Shown: positions 40,050 to 50,607 of the stretch, one piece after another
Layout: the number at the start of each line of letters is the position of its first letter
Position numbering within the stretch: the first letter of the stretch is position 1
Source of the DNA: Thermoproteota archaeon
GTDB taxonomy: Archaea; Thermoproteota; Thermoprotei; Gearchaeales; Gearchaeaceae
DNA: 64,000 nt
Direction of reading: 5' to 3'
Assembly (NCBI GenBank): GCA_021324265.1
Contig: JAJPJK010000004.1
Location: 64,811 to 128,810, forward strand
Notes under the pieces: model-generated
Seen by the model: the letters and a program-made list of their open reading frames with translations, nothing else
Told to the model about the DNA's origin: nothing
Database searches by the model: none
Position numbers and translations under genes: made by a program

Positions 40050-41507
40050 ATGGGAAGTTACATAATTACTGGACAGGATCTAACACCATTAAAATTATAT
40101 GATTGCATAAAGAGAGGACATAAGATCGAAATCGATGACTATGTAATGAAAAGATTGGAACATAGCAGAAAATTTTTGGAAAGTAAAATTCAGAAAGGAG
40201 AACTAATATATGGCGTAAATACAAATGTGGGAGCGCTTCTGAAGGAGAAAAGGAAAGAAAAAAATGAGATTGAACTTATAAGAGAGCATGCATTAAGCAA
40301 AGAAATGTTCGAGGAAAACGATATAGCAAGGGCCACCTTACTTGTTCTTCTTAATCAGCTTGCCCTAGGTTATAGCACAATTTCCCCAAATACCTATAAT
40401 TTCTTATTGAACTTCTTTAATAGTGGCGAGAAGCTTTTATTTAGTAAAATTGGAAGCCTAGGAGCCAGTGGCGATCTCATACCTTTGGCTAATTTATCAT
40501 TATCGATAATAGAAAGTAGTTCGAAGAGTGGGAATTTTAAGAAAGAGATTGAATTGGAACAAGGCGATGCAATAGCATTGATAAATTCGACAGCTCATAG
40601 TTGTGCATCATTATCTTTCAGTTTGGTCGAATTAATGGAGTTACTTGATATATCTTGCATGAACGTAGCCTTTTCTACAGAAGTTTTGAGAGCGAGAACT
40701 TCACATTTTGAAATAAACGCTCTAAAAGTCAAAAAACATACCGAACAAATCATCGTTGGGAACTATATCTTAAAGTTACTTGAAGGTAGCGAGCTCACTA
40801 ATAAGTCTCCTGAAATCCAAGAAGCATATACGCTCCGATGCGTACCGCAAGTATATGGTGCAATAAAGAGGGTCTTAGATTTTACGAACTCTTGCTTGAT
40901 ACAGGAGATGAACTCTTACAGCGGTAATCCAGTTATTGATTTCGAGAATCAAGAGATTTACTATGGAGGTAATTTCCATGCAGAGTTGCTTTCTTTATGT
41001 GCTGATTTATTGAGATCGGCAATCGCTTCATGGGGGAATATGATAGAAAGAAGGATAAATAGATTGCTAAACCCAAATCTCAACAGAGGCCTCCCACCTT
41101 TTTTGGGTAAAGATGGCAGTATAGGTCTCATGATTTGCCAATATCTAGCAGCATATCATGTTAATGAACTCAGAATCTTAGCGACACCTTCATGTGCAGT
41201 ATCTATTTCAACAAGTGCAGATCAAGAAGATTTTGTAAGCATGGCGGGAAATGCAGTTAATATTTTAAGAGATGCCATAAATCACTTGAAGATTTTACTT
41301 GCAATAGAACTGCTATGTAATATCGAAGCTGCTAAATTCCTTGAATACGAGAAAAAAGGAGGTAAATTGAAAGAAATATATAAGTCGATATTGAGAAAAA
41401 TTTCTCAAGAAAAAGATATAAGAGATAAAATAGAGACAATAAAAAATTCACTTGAAGAAATATGCAAAGAGCTCAGAAGTTCATTTGGCTCTCTTTTTGT
41501 TGAATGA
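40050..41507 (+). CDS. hutH: MIO-dependent aromatic amino acid lyase, histidine ammonia-lyase-like
   Basis: GSLGASGDL (ASG), QEAYTLRC.PQ, GGNFHAE, TSADQEDFVSM. Confidence 0.75.
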   Translation: MGSYIITGQDLTPLKLYDCIKRGHKIEIDDYVMKRLEHSRKFLESKIQKGELIYGVNTNVGALLKEKRKEKNEIELIREHALSKEMFEENDIARATLLVLLNQLALGYSTISPNTYNFLLNFFNSGEKLLFSKIGSLGASGDLIPLANLSLSIIESSSKSGNFKKEIELEQGDAIALINSTAHSCASLSFSLVELMELLDISCMNVAFSTEVLRARTSHFEINALKVKKHTEQIIVGNYILKLLEGSELTNKSPEIQEAYTLRCVPQVYGAIKRVLDFTNSCLIQEMNSYSGNPVIDFENQEIYYGGNFHAELLSLCADLLRSAIASWGNMIERRINRLLNPNLNRGLPPFLGKDGSIGLMICQYLAAYHVNELRILATPSCAVSISTSADQEDFVSMAGNAVNILRDAINHLKILLAIELLCNIEAAKFLEYEKKGGKLKEIYKSILRKISQEKDIRDKIETIKNSLEEICKELRSSFGSLFVE

Positions 41508-42434
41508 TCTGTATAGCAAAATGCCGGCTATTATTAATACAATTGCTATGATGACAAGAGCATATAATAAATAATTTTGACTATTTTCATTGCCTTTAGT
41601 TATACTTATATTAAAGGTAGCCGAGTTCAGGCCTGTAATAATACCAGGCTCTCCAGGATGACCTATGGAAACAACCTGAACGATGATAGAATAATTTCCA
41701 TAATCTGGGAAACTGTAATAAAAGCTCAATACATCTTGATCTATATGTTCATCTGTTGAATTGAATATCAATTTGCCGTTCGAGTCCTTAATCAAAATAT
41801 GATATGTTATATGGTAAACTAAATTCACGTTTTGGGCTGAACCATTGTATACAGCTAAAGTTATGGTCTTCGTGAGTGATGAATTATAATAAGGATAGGC
41901 CTCAAAAAGTAGGCTATATCCTTTACCTATGTCTGCAGTAGAGACTAGTGTATTATCTGGATTTACACCGATGTAGAGAGGGAAATTGATAGACTTGAAT
42001 TGGCTTAGAAGAGGCCCCATGCCAGCCATGCCGATAGATTCTATCTGTACATTAATAGTATACTTACCATTGTTAGGCAAAGTTAAGTTAAGCTGCAATG
42101 GGCCTCCCATAGAATGAATATCTTGATTTGTACCAAAGAGATTGAGAAGGTTGTTATTCGCATCATAGACCTTAACATTATAAGTAACATGCATTACAGG
42201 CGTGCCTTGAGCTTCACTTGCATTATAAACGGCTAGATCCAACATAATCGATTTATTTGTAGGAAGGATAGGAGGAAGATAGTTCTGGATCTTGACGACT
42301 AGATTATATCCATTACCGATATCGAATGTAGCTGAATATACATAACTCACCTCTTCTTCCTGTGCATTAACTACGATAAATGCAAAAGCCAAAGTAAAAA
42401 TTATACTAAAGACTAGGATCGATGCTTTATTCAT
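41481..42434 (-). CDS. Secreted, C-terminally anchored protein with two internal repeats
   Basis: Signal peptide, duplicated domain of about 130 aa, C-terminal TM plus basic tail. Confidence 0.8.
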   Translation of the reverse strand: MNKASILVFSIIFTLAFAFIVVNAQEEEVSYVYSATFDIGNGYNLVVKIQNYLPPILPTNKSIMLDLAVYNASEAQGTPVMHVTYNVKVYDANNNLLNLFGTNQDIHSMGGPLQLNLTLPNNGKYTINVQIESIGMAGMGPLLSQFKSINFPLYIGVNPDNTLVSTADIGKGYSLLFEAYPYYNSSLTKTITLAVYNGSAQNVNLVYHITYHILIKDSNGKLIFNSTDEHIDQDVLSFYYSFPDYGNYSIIVQVVSIGHPGEPGIITGLNSATFNISITKGNENSQNYLLYALVIIAIVLIIAGILLYRSFNKKRAK

Positions 42435-42496
42435 AAACTTCCTTATTGAGTAAAAAATAAAAGGGTTTGTATCTTTAAATATTCAGATATATATAT

Positions 42497-42871
42497 TCAT
42501 ATTCTTTTTAATAAATATTCTTTAAGAGCTACACAATTATTATGAATTTTATCTTTAGCTGAAAATAATAAAGTAACTTTCTGCTTCTCCATAATTATTT
42601 TGACCAATTTTCCAACTACCTCAGGTTTTTTATCCAGTTCCTCAAAGTATCTTTTCTTAAACTCTTCCCACTTCATAGGGTCATGCGAAAACCATTTCCT
42701 CAATTCATTACTAGGGGCTATATCTCTTATCCATAGATCAATCTTGGCTTTTTCTTTCCCCAACCCGCGCGGCCACAGCCTATCTACAAGGATCCTATAT
42801 CCATCTTTTTCATCATAATCATCATAAACCCTCTTCACCTTGAGTTCAATCACAAAATATAGACCATTCAA
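42497..42871 (-). CDS. DUF488/YeaO family protein (start probably GTG at 42853)
   Basis: [35 protein letters not shown]. Confidence 0.92.
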   Translation of the reverse strand: MNGLYFVIELKVKRVYDDYDEKDGYRILVDRLWPRGLGKEKAKIDLWIRDIAPSNELRKWFSHDPMKWEEFKKRYFEELDKKPEVVGKLVKIIMEKQKVTLLFSAKDKIHNNCVALKEYLLKRI

Positions 42872-42872
42872 C

Positions 42873-44780
42873 CTAAATATTAGATTTCATGAAGCTATCT
42901 AATTTAGTCTTAAGTATTTTCGTGACTTCTGATGCATCAGCTCTTCCCCTAAGTCTGCTCATGACTAACTTCATTGCTTGATCGAAAACCCTTTCCTTAC
43001 TGTTTTTTAATACTTCAAGATTTTCTTCCAAAATCTGGGAAATTGCTCTTTCTATTTCGTTTACACTCATTAATCTCAAATTCAATCTATCTATAAGATG
43101 ATCGAGATCTTGAGAGGGGGTCTTTGACCATTCTGCCAAAATTATCTCTATCGATTCCTTAGCTATCTTCCCATCATTCAATGCCTTGAAAACACTTATA
43201 AAATGATTTTCGGTTAAATTTTCAACGCTTATCCCAGATCTTTTCAAATACTTGAGCGTTTGAGTCAAAGTAGTAGCTGCTATACTGGGTTTCACACCTA
43301 TAGAAACTATTTTTTCAAAGAGCCCTTCGGATTGATTATCTATTAATTCTTGAGCGAGCTGTTGATTCAAGGAATACTTAGTTTGAAGAATAGCAAGCCT
43401 GTCTTCGATTTTTAAAGGCAAATTGCTTCTTATTTTCTCAATGAACTCAGGAGTTATTTTCAATGGAGGTATATCTGTTTCAACATACATCCTAGCAGAA
43501 CCTGGCCTAGATCTTGCAAATCTAGTTGTACCATCTGTAGCGACATTCCTAGTTTCTTCTGGAATCTTTTCAAATGCCATATTAATTCTCTCAATCACAA
43601 TATCTGTTGCTGCAATGCATTCTTCCTTAGGACCCATAAATAAGATGAATGCGTCTTCATCCTCAAGCTTGGCATAATCCATAAGCCTCTTTACTTCTTC
43701 CTCAGTTATACCATATCCTGGCAGCTCATCGCTATGCAATAAACCTTGTAATCTTGTCCAGCTACGGACATAATCAGCGAGCTCACTTGCAAATCTTCGA
43801 TTTGGTTGTAATTCAAAACCCAAAAGGCCTTTCATTTTTTTTAGAGGTAAAAGAATAACGCTATCTCCGCTATCAAGATGTCTTCTTACTAATTTGCTCT
43901 GAGTGTCAGCAAATAAATCAGTTACAATAAAAAAAGTTTTAGAAGGCCTTGGTACGTTTCTCGTATTTAAAATTTCTTTGAGTTCGAGTAGCCTGAGTTG
44001 TCTTTGTATTTCAAGTTCAATGACCTTAGGTATCATGCTTAGCTCTTGAACACCTTTTATCTCTGTCTTTGCACCCCTTGAAATAGAGAGATTGATATCT
44101 TGCCTTATGCTACCCAAGATTCTCCTTGCCTTGCCTGTACTATAAACAAGTGTACCAATCCTGTATGCAATCCTCCTTGCTTGTTCTGGATCCTTAATTT
44201 GCGGTGCGGTTGCTATTTCTATCAAAGGTATACCTTGCCTATCTAACCTGTATACAATCTTTTTTTGATCTTCCTCTATTTTCCTACAAGAATCTTCTTC
44301 AAGCGTAATCGTCTGAATTTCTACTTTATCATTACCATCTACTACAAAGCCTCCAAGAGCAACGATGGCTGTTCTCTGGAAGCCGGTAGTATTGCTACCA
44401 TCAATCACTTCTTTTCTCATAACATGGATCTCATCAACGATTCTAGAATTCATCAAGAGTGCACAAGCAAGTGCTATCTCTACTGCTTCTCTATTTATCA
44501 TATGTGGAGGTTCTTCATCGAGCTCAACAAGGCAGCTTGTATTTGGGGTTATTTGATAAATGTATGTCCTATTTCTTGAGAATTCCATCAATGCTGCAGG
44601 ATCATATTCGCCAAGCTCACTTTTCGTAGGTCTAAGTTTTCTGAAAAAATCTCCTACAACCTTTTCTTCCAGCATGTTCTTACATGAACAGAAGAGTTTA
44701 TGCTCTGTTTCAAGTTGTTGGTGAACCTCAAGACCAACCTTAAGACCTATTTCCTCGTAGTTTATCTTCACATCAACCAA
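42873..44780 (-). CDS. gatE: Glutamyl-tRNA(Gln) amidotransferase subunit E
   Basis: [56 protein letters not shown]. Confidence 0.97.
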   Translation of the reverse strand: MVDVKINYEEIGLKVGLEVHQQLETEHKLFCSCKNMLEEKVVGDFFRKLRPTKSELGEYDPAALMEFSRNRTYIYQITPNTSCLVELDEEPPHMINREAVEIALACALLMNSRIVDEIHVMRKEVIDGSNTTGFQRTAIVALGGFVVDGNDKVEIQTITLEEDSCRKIEEDQKKIVYRLDRQGIPLIEIATAPQIKDPEQARRIAYRIGTLVYSTGKARRILGSIRQDINLSISRGAKTEIKGVQELSMIPKVIELEIQRQLRLLELKEILNTRNVPRPSKTFFIVTDLFADTQSKLVRRHLDSGDSVILLPLKKMKGLLGFELQPNRRFASELADYVRSWTRLQGLLHSDELPGYGITEEEVKRLMDYAKLEDEDAFILFMGPKEECIAATDIVIERINMAFEKIPEETRNVATDGTTRFARSRPGSARMYVETDIPPLKITPEFIEKIRSNLPLKIEDRLAILQTKYSLNQQLAQELIDNQSEGLFEKIVSIGVKPSIAATTLTQTLKYLKRSGISVENLTENHFISVFKALNDGKIAKESIEIILAEWSKTPSQDLDHLIDRLNLRLMSVNEIERAISQILEENLEVLKNSKERVFDQAMKLVMSRLRGRADASEVTKILKTKLDSFMKSNI

Positions 44781-44795
44781 ATAAATTCAATGCTT

Positions 44796-45962
44796 TTAAA
44801 AGCTTACCAAGAATTCCTTTAATGAATTATAGCAGTTTATAAGGTCTTGTATTTCGACATGCTCATCATATACATGAGCTTGACCAAGCTTTCCAGGCCC
44901 ATAAACTAACACAGGAATATTATGTTCTCTGAAATATCTTCCATCAGTTGCTCCCGTTATGAGCATCTCTCTAACTTCTTTTTTTATGTTTTTCTCTATG
45001 ATCGATTTCAATTTTTTAGCATGCTCGTTATATGGAGAGGTGTAATTTGGATTAGAACTCTGAATGATTTCAATTTCGCTATTTTCAACTAAAGATTTGA
45101 CCTTCTCAAAAGCTTCTTTGTAAGTTATACCAAAAGGTATGCGCATATCAACCTCAGCTTCACATTTATCCGCTACTACATTAACTTTTACGCCTCCTTT
45201 TATGGTTCCAATGTTAAAAGAAATTGTTCGCAGTTCTTTAATATATTTACCAAGCTCAAGCTGCATCCTCCTTAGCGTATTGTCCACCAAAATTTCACTA
45301 TCCTTGGGCAAAGAAATTTCCAAGTTAGATATCTTTGATAAATTCATAAGATCTTTAATTAATAGCTCGATTGCATTAACGCCAGCTGAAGGAATACTAC
45401 CATGCGCAGCTCTACCTTTTGACACAAGCCTAACTTGAAGAAGCCCTTTCTCACCAAGTATCAAAGAATCGCTGCCTGAAGGTTCTGAAATAAGTACTAA
45501 ATCTGGCTTATAATCTTGGGCCAAAAACTTAGAACAGTTAAAGCCGCCTGTTTCTTCATCCGAAACTGCTGTGAAAATTAACTTGTAGTCCAATCGATCG
45601 GCAAGTTCTTTTAAAAGCATCATATTAACAGCTACTCCGCTCTTCATGTCGCTTGCGCCTCTGCCATATATGCGGCCATCTATGATCTTTCCACTAAAAG
45701 GATTTATTTTCCAAGATTTGATCTCTCCTGTAGGCACGACATCGAAATGACCGTTTAGTAGTACAGATCTTTTACCCTTACCTACTTCTGCAATTACAGT
45801 TGGCCAACCACTGCTATATTCTTTTATACGAGCTTCGATGCCTTTATCGCTTAACCAATCCTTTATGAAATTCGCAGTATTGACCATACTTTCTTCATCT
45901 ATTTTAGGATTAAGCGATGGAAACTGGATTAGCTTAGAAGTCAATTCAATTAGCTCTTCCAT
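44796..45962 (-). CDS. M20 metallopeptidase (DapE/ArgE-like)
   Basis: GHFDVVP, GRGASDMK, DEETGG, AAHGS, TDGR, AH..DE. Confidence 0.9.
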   Translation of the reverse strand: MEELIELTSKLIQFPSLNPKIDEESMVNTANFIKDWLSDKGIEARIKEYSSGWPTVIAEVGKGKRSVLLNGHFDVVPTGEIKSWKINPFSGKIIDGRIYGRGASDMKSGVAVNMMLLKELADRLDYKLIFTAVSDEETGGFNCSKFLAQDYKPDLVLISEPSGSDSLILGEKGLLQVRLVSKGRAAHGSIPSAGVNAIELLIKDLMNLSKISNLEISLPKDSEILVDNTLRRMQLELGKYIKELRTISFNIGTIKGGVKVNVVADKCEAEVDMRIPFGITYKEAFEKVKSLVENSEIEIIQSSNPNYTSPYNEHAKKLKSIIEKNIKKEVREMLITGATDGRYFREHNIPVLVYGPGKLGQAHVYDEHVEIQDLINCYNSLKEFLVSF

Positions 45963-46011
45963 AAGATAAAGAGATAGATCAGCTTAAATCTTTCAAATTG
46001 TTTACTCGTTT

Positions 46012-46896
46012 ATGGAAAGGTTAAAAGGTTCCATCGTTCCCTTAGTCACACCCTATGAGGAGGATGGTAATTTAGACATCAAAACATTCAAAAAATTAAT
46101 CGAATGGCAAATAAAACAAGGAAGCCATGGAATATCAGTAGCTGGAAGCACTGGTGAAATGACGTTACTGACTAAAGAGGAAAAATTGAAACTTTTTGAA
46201 GTTGCAGTTCAAGAGGTTGGTGGCAAAGTGCCAGTCGTCGCTTCAACTGGCTCATCTATGCTCAATGAGACCATGGATCTCAGCAAAAAAGCAGAGAAAC
46301 TTGGATGTGATGCATTGCTCATAGCGGTTCCCTATTATTCTAGACCTAACCAAGAGGGCATATATGAATATTTCAAGACCATTGCCGAAAACGTCTCTCT
46401 ACCAATAATAATATATAATATTCCTTCAAGATCTGGTACGAATATAGAACCAAAAACATTAAAAAAACTTAAAGATAAATACAAAAACATAGTTGGAGTA
46501 AAGGAAGCGAATACTAATTTTGATCAGGTGAGTAAAGATATTCTAGAATGCGGTGAAGATTTTTTAGTATACTCTGGTATCGAATCGCTTTGCTACCCTC
46601 TTTTAGCTATAGGAGGAGCAGGCTATTTCAGCGCAACTGCAAATTTGCTACCTAATGAACTAGCGAGATTATATGAACTCACTAGGGCGAACATGTGGGA
46701 AGAAGCAAGAAAGCTACATTATAAATTACTTCCCATCAATGAAGTATTATTCATCGATACGAATCCAATACCTTTAAAGACAGCAATGGCGATTTTGGGC
46801 ATGATAAAACCAGTTTTCAGGCCTCCACTCACTATGTTATCTGAAGAAAAGAAGGCTAAATTACTAGAAGTTATGAAACTTTATTTTAAAATATGA
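46012..46896 (+). CDS. hpaI: 2,4-dihydroxyhept-2-ene-1,7-dioate aldolase (DapA-like HpaI)
   Basis: GSHGISVAGSTGE, YNIPSR, GVKEAN, YSGIE.LCYP; hpa cluster context. Confidence 0.8.
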   Translation: MERLKGSIVPLVTPYEEDGNLDIKTFKKLIEWQIKQGSHGISVAGSTGEMTLLTKEEKLKLFEVAVQEVGGKVPVVASTGSSMLNETMDLSKKAEKLGCDALLIAVPYYSRPNQEGIYEYFKTIAENVSLPIIIYNIPSRSGTNIEPKTLKKLKDKYKNIVGVKEANTNFDQVSKDILECGEDFLVYSGIESLCYPLLAIGGAGYFSATANLLPNELARLYELTRANMWEEARKLHYKLLPINEVLFIDTNPIPLKTAMAILGMIKPVFRPPLTMLSEEKKAKLLEVMKLYFKI

Positions 46897-47633
46897 AGAT
46901 AGCTAGAATAAAGGTCGGAGATAACATCTACACAGGAAGAATCGAAGGAGATTACTTATTCTCAGATAAAGGTCCAATAGAACTAAGGGATATCAAATGG
47001 TTACCTCCATGTGAACCCACAAAAATCATAGGGCTTGCATTGAATTTCAAAGAACATGCACAAGAACTAAATTTAGAAGTAGGTAAAGAACCTCTAATTT
47101 TCATGAAGCCACCGAGTTCAATGATAGGTCATCTAGAAAACATTATATACCCAAAAGGTGCAAAGTTTGTCCATTATGAAGGAGAATTGGCAGTCGTCAT
47201 AGGCAAAAAGTGTAGGAAAATAAATGAAAGAGAAGCATTGGATTATGTTTTGGGATATACAATAGCTAACGATGTAACTGCAAGGGATTTCGTTACTAAC
47301 TTCTTCCGTCCTCCTATAAAAGCTAAGGGGTTTGATACCTTCCTCCCGCTGGGGCCATATATCGTTACAAGAGATGAAATAGGAGAAGATATAAGGTTGG
47401 ATATCATAACGAAGGTAAACGGGGAAATAAAACAAAGAGGAAACACGGATCAGTTCGTACATTCAATACCAAGAGTAATCACTTTCCTCAGTGAATTCAT
47501 GACGCTTCTTCCTGGAGATTTGATTTTGATGGGGACACCTAGTGGAATCTCGCCTATAAAAGTAGGAGATAAGATTGAAATCTCTATTGAAAAAATAGGA
47601 ACGCTCAGCAATAATGTTGTTGAAGAGAAATAA
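46893..47633 (+). CDS. hpaG: Fumarylacetoacetate-hydrolase family isomerase/decarboxylase
   Basis: ALNF.EH, FMKP, HYEGEL, NDVT.RD, RPPIKAKGFDTF.P.GP, GTP. Confidence 0.85.
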   Translation: MKIARIKVGDNIYTGRIEGDYLFSDKGPIELRDIKWLPPCEPTKIIGLALNFKEHAQELNLEVGKEPLIFMKPPSSMIGHLENIIYPKGAKFVHYEGELAVVIGKKCRKINEREALDYVLGYTIANDVTARDFVTNFFRPPIKAKGFDTFLPLGPYIVTRDEIGEDIRLDIITKVNGEIKQRGNTDQFVHSIPRVITFLSEFMTLLPGDLILMGTPSGISPIKVGDKIEISIEKIGTLSNNVVEEK

Positions 47634-47657
47634 AAAGGGAAGAGTATTTCCTATTTG

Positions 47658-48173
47658 ATGGACATCAGAGAAGAACTTAGAAAGGTAATGCGTGTCTATC
47701 CTCAAGGTGTTACAGTTGTAACAACTAAATTCGAAAATTCGCTCTACGGGTTAACTGTAAGCGCATTCACAAGCATATCGTTAGATCCACCATTAATAAT
47801 GATCTCCATTTCGAAGCTCTCAAGCATGCATAAGATCCTTAGCAACTGCGAATCTTTCACAATTAACTTCCTTGCTGAAGATCAAAAGATTGTCTCAGAT
47901 ATATTTGCAGGTAGGATAAAGGTAAAAGACCGATTTGAGGCAGTCCAATATTTTACTGAAAGAACAGGATGCCCAATAATAAAGGGGGTTAGAGCATTCA
48001 TTGAATGCAAAAAGACAATAGCTTATGATGCTGGTGATCATTCAATAATCTTAGGCGAGGTTATCAATGCAAGGAAACTGAATGATAAAAATCCACTAGT
48101 TTATTACAATCAACAATACACTACTATTGTAAGCCCAGAAAAACTAGAGATCATTGAGGATTGGTGGTTCTAA
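47658..48173 (+). CDS. hpaC: Flavin reductase component of the monooxygenase
   Basis: GVTVVTT, GLTVSAFTSISLDPP, GDHSI, PLVY. Confidence 0.85.
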   Translation: MDIREELRKVMRVYPQGVTVVTTKFENSLYGLTVSAFTSISLDPPLIMISISKLSSMHKILSNCESFTINFLAEDQKIVSDIFAGRIKVKDRFEAVQYFTERTGCPIIKGVRAFIECKKTIAYDAGDHSIILGEVINARKLNDKNPLVYYNQQYTTIVSPEKLEIIEDWWF

Positions 48174-49156
48174 TGGGTAACATATGAGGGTTTTTCCTGT
48201 AAGAGCGGCTTGTTCAAAGGCTTAAGATTGCCGGTTTTAAAATCTACGACCGGAGAAGATTCTTCAAACCAACTTCTTGGAGCGGGCATACCCCATAGCG
48301 TTTGTCTTTTAGGATCGTTGAATTTCCAAACAATCGGGTCCCAGTCAGGATCTGCGCTCAAATAATCCCCAGTATAAAGTTCTATCCTATTTCCATCAGG
48401 ATCGCGCAGATAAAAGAAAAAAGCATTCGTAATCCCATGCCTTCCTGGACCTCGTTCCATGTTGGATATGTAATTTCTAGAAGCTAGGATATCCGCAGCG
48501 TCAAGGATTGCAAGCCTATCGGGTACACTGAACGCTACATGATGCAATCTAGGACCATAACCGTTGGTTAATGCTATATCATGTGATGTATGCTTCCTCC
48601 TAAGCCAAGCCGCCCAAATCTTAGGCGGAATATCCTCTGTTTCAGTTATCTCAGTCACTACAAAGCCTAGGCTTTTATACCAATCCAAGGCCCTCTCAAC
48701 ATCATGTGTGTGAATGTTGAAATGATCCAATCTTAGTATCTTTGCGCCGCGATATTCATGATATCTTTGTAAGGACCATTCGACTTTTTCCATTTCTGAA
48801 TAAAACTCTATGGGAAAACCTAGCGGATCCTGAACTCTTATGGCTTTTCCCATTCCTAACTCATGACCTTTTTCAACCCAAAAGACCTCAAGACCTCTAT
48901 TTTTCAAGAAGCTTTCTAAAGCAACGAGATCTTCATTACTACGGACTCTATAAGCTATGTGATGGCAACCACCTCTATTGAACTTAGCAAGTACTAAAGA
49001 ATGATGGAAACGCTCCTCATGGCCTCTCAGATATAAGAATTCGCTATCCTCATAGACTAACTTAAATCCAAGAGCATCTACATAGAAGTCATATGCTTTA
49101 TTCAAGTCACTTACTAGGAGCTCGCAATGCCCTGCTCTTATAATATCGAAGTTCAT
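48170..49156 (-). CDS. hpaD: 3,4-dihydroxyphenylacetate 2,3-dioxygenase (VOC extradiol type)
   Basis: RLDHFN, PRLHHVAF, ERGPGRHG, YLRDPDGNRIELY. Confidence 0.92.
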   Translation of the reverse strand: MNFDIIRAGHCELLVSDLNKAYDFYVDALGFKLVYEDSEFLYLRGHEERFHHSLVLAKFNRGGCHHIAYRVRSNEDLVALESFLKNRGLEVFWVEKGHELGMGKAIRVQDPLGFPIEFYSEMEKVEWSLQRYHEYRGAKILRLDHFNIHTHDVERALDWYKSLGFVVTEITETEDIPPKIWAAWLRRKHTSHDIALTNGYGPRLHHVAFSVPDRLAILDAADILASRNYISNMERGPGRHGITNAFFFYLRDPDGNRIELYTGDYLSADPDWDPIVWKFNDPKRQTLWGMPAPRSWFEESSPVVDFKTGNLKPLNKPLLQEKPSYVTH

Positions 49157-50607
49157 TTCAATTTATCTAAGAAATCTTTTACTCTCTTTTTGAATTCCTC
49201 TTTTTGTGTATACCAGTTATAAAGGTTTCCGGCCATTCTAAACGGATCTCCGAAAAAGAAATATTCATAAAGATCCTGTCTACTTCCAAATGAACTCCCC
49301 ACGAAGTCCCAAGCAAGCTTGAATAGTTTTATTCTTTCTTCAGCATTTGCAAGCTTTGCTTGATAGTATTTATCGACATAACTCCTCGCTTCAGAGTTCA
49401 ACACTTTTGCTGGAGGTATTGCCATTAATCCACTAGCGCCCAACTGCTTAATTGTAATATTGAGCTTATGCGCAATCCTTGGCCAAAGATTCCTTGCTGC
49501 ATGGAGAAAAGAACTGTCTGGAACCATTATGCCCCACTTATTCATCTTAGCATTAGCTTCACTCGCTACAAGGAAGGCTCTCATGCTTTCAGTGAGCATG
49601 ATGAGTTCAGCAATCTTTTCTTGCACATTTGGAAACTGATCGATCCCAATTGTCTCCGATAGCAATGTTGTTAATCCGACAGCGAACTCACATTTAGCAA
49701 GCTCTCTTACCAATGATTGATGAGCCATGAAGTAAACAGCATTTGTTACTTCACTATATGCATTGCATTTCTCAGGATCCTCCAATATGAAGATTCTTTC
49801 CCATGGAACTAAGACATCATCAAATACTACAACGGCATCTTGTTCATCGAACCTAGATGCTAGAGGATGATCAATATTTGATTCATGGGCAAAGCTTTCT
49901 CTACATATGAACTTCAAACCTGGGGTATCGACAGAAAGAGCGAAAGCCATCGCATATGGCGCATCATCTTGCCCGGATTTCAAAACTGTAGATGGAAAAA
50001 CAAGGATTTCATCAGCCAAAGGTAATGTAGCAAGCATCCTTGCTCCTCTTACAACTATGCCTTCAGAATTTTTCTCAACTATCCTAGCTGCTATGAAAGG
50101 ATCAGAAAGTTTAGAAGGGCTAGTTACGGATCTATTCACTTGAGGGTTTATCAACGTATGTGTTAAGCATAGATCATTTTCCCTTACATATTCATAATAG
50201 CGCCTTATGTTTTCAGCGAAATCTATCTTTCCTTTTCCGAAGAACTCAGCTGCGCTGGCCATGGCCATTAGAGCACTATTAAGATAATCTGGAGTCCTAC
50301 CAAGCAATCCAAAGCTATAATCTGCCCAGATTTTCATCATCATAGTCCTTTTCGCCAAATCTTCTTTTGTTTTTGGCTGGAGGAAACTCATTCCTACTCT
50401 CTCTCCTGAAAGTGGAGATACGTAGGTCATCACATCCATTAGCTCAGGCTTGTGTTGCAAGTCATATAGCTCAGCTAAACTTTGGGCAATACCTCGAAAG
50501 ACAGGATGCTTGGTTATGTTGTATGTTATTTTCTCATCGCCATACCAGATTTCCCTCTTTTTGCTATCCATTTCCTCCAAAAACCTTGTTCCTGTCCTCG
50601 CGCCCAT
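49153..50607 (-). CDS. hpaB: 4-hydroxyphenylacetate 3-monooxygenase, oxygenase component
   Basis: GRTPDYLN, THTLINPQVNR, GARMLAT, RFDEQD, FGSRQ.LYE.FFFGDP. Confidence 0.93.
   Translation of the reverse strand: MGARTGTRFLEEMDSKKREIWYGDEKITYNITKHPVFRGIAQSLAELYDLQHKPELMDVMTYVSPLSGERVGMSFLQPKTKEDLAKRTMMMKIWADYSFGLLGRTPDYLNSALMAMASAAEFFGKGKIDFAENIRRYYEYVRENDLCLTHTLINPQVNRSVTSPSKLSDPFIAARIVEKNSEGIVVRGARMLATLPLADEILVFPSTVLKSGQDDAPYAMAFALSVDTPGLKFICRESFAHESNIDHPLASRFDEQDAVVVFDDVLVPWERIFILEDPEKCNAYSEVTNAVYFMAHQSLVRELAKCEFAVGLTTLLSETIGIDQFPNVQEKIAELIMLTESMRAFLVASEANAKMNKWGIMVPDSSFLHAARNLWPRIAHKLNITIKQLGASGLMAIPPAKVLNSEARSYVDKYYQAKLANAEERIKLFKLAWDFVGSSFGSRQDLYEYFFFGDPFRMAGNLYNWYTQKEEFKKRVKDFLDKLK

Noticed and set aside
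46012-46896. dapA with adjacent dapE as a lysine biosynthesis locus
   Set aside because: The DapA-like gene is translationally coupled to hpaG and has HpaI-type motifs; the M20 enzyme is generic and no other dap genes are present
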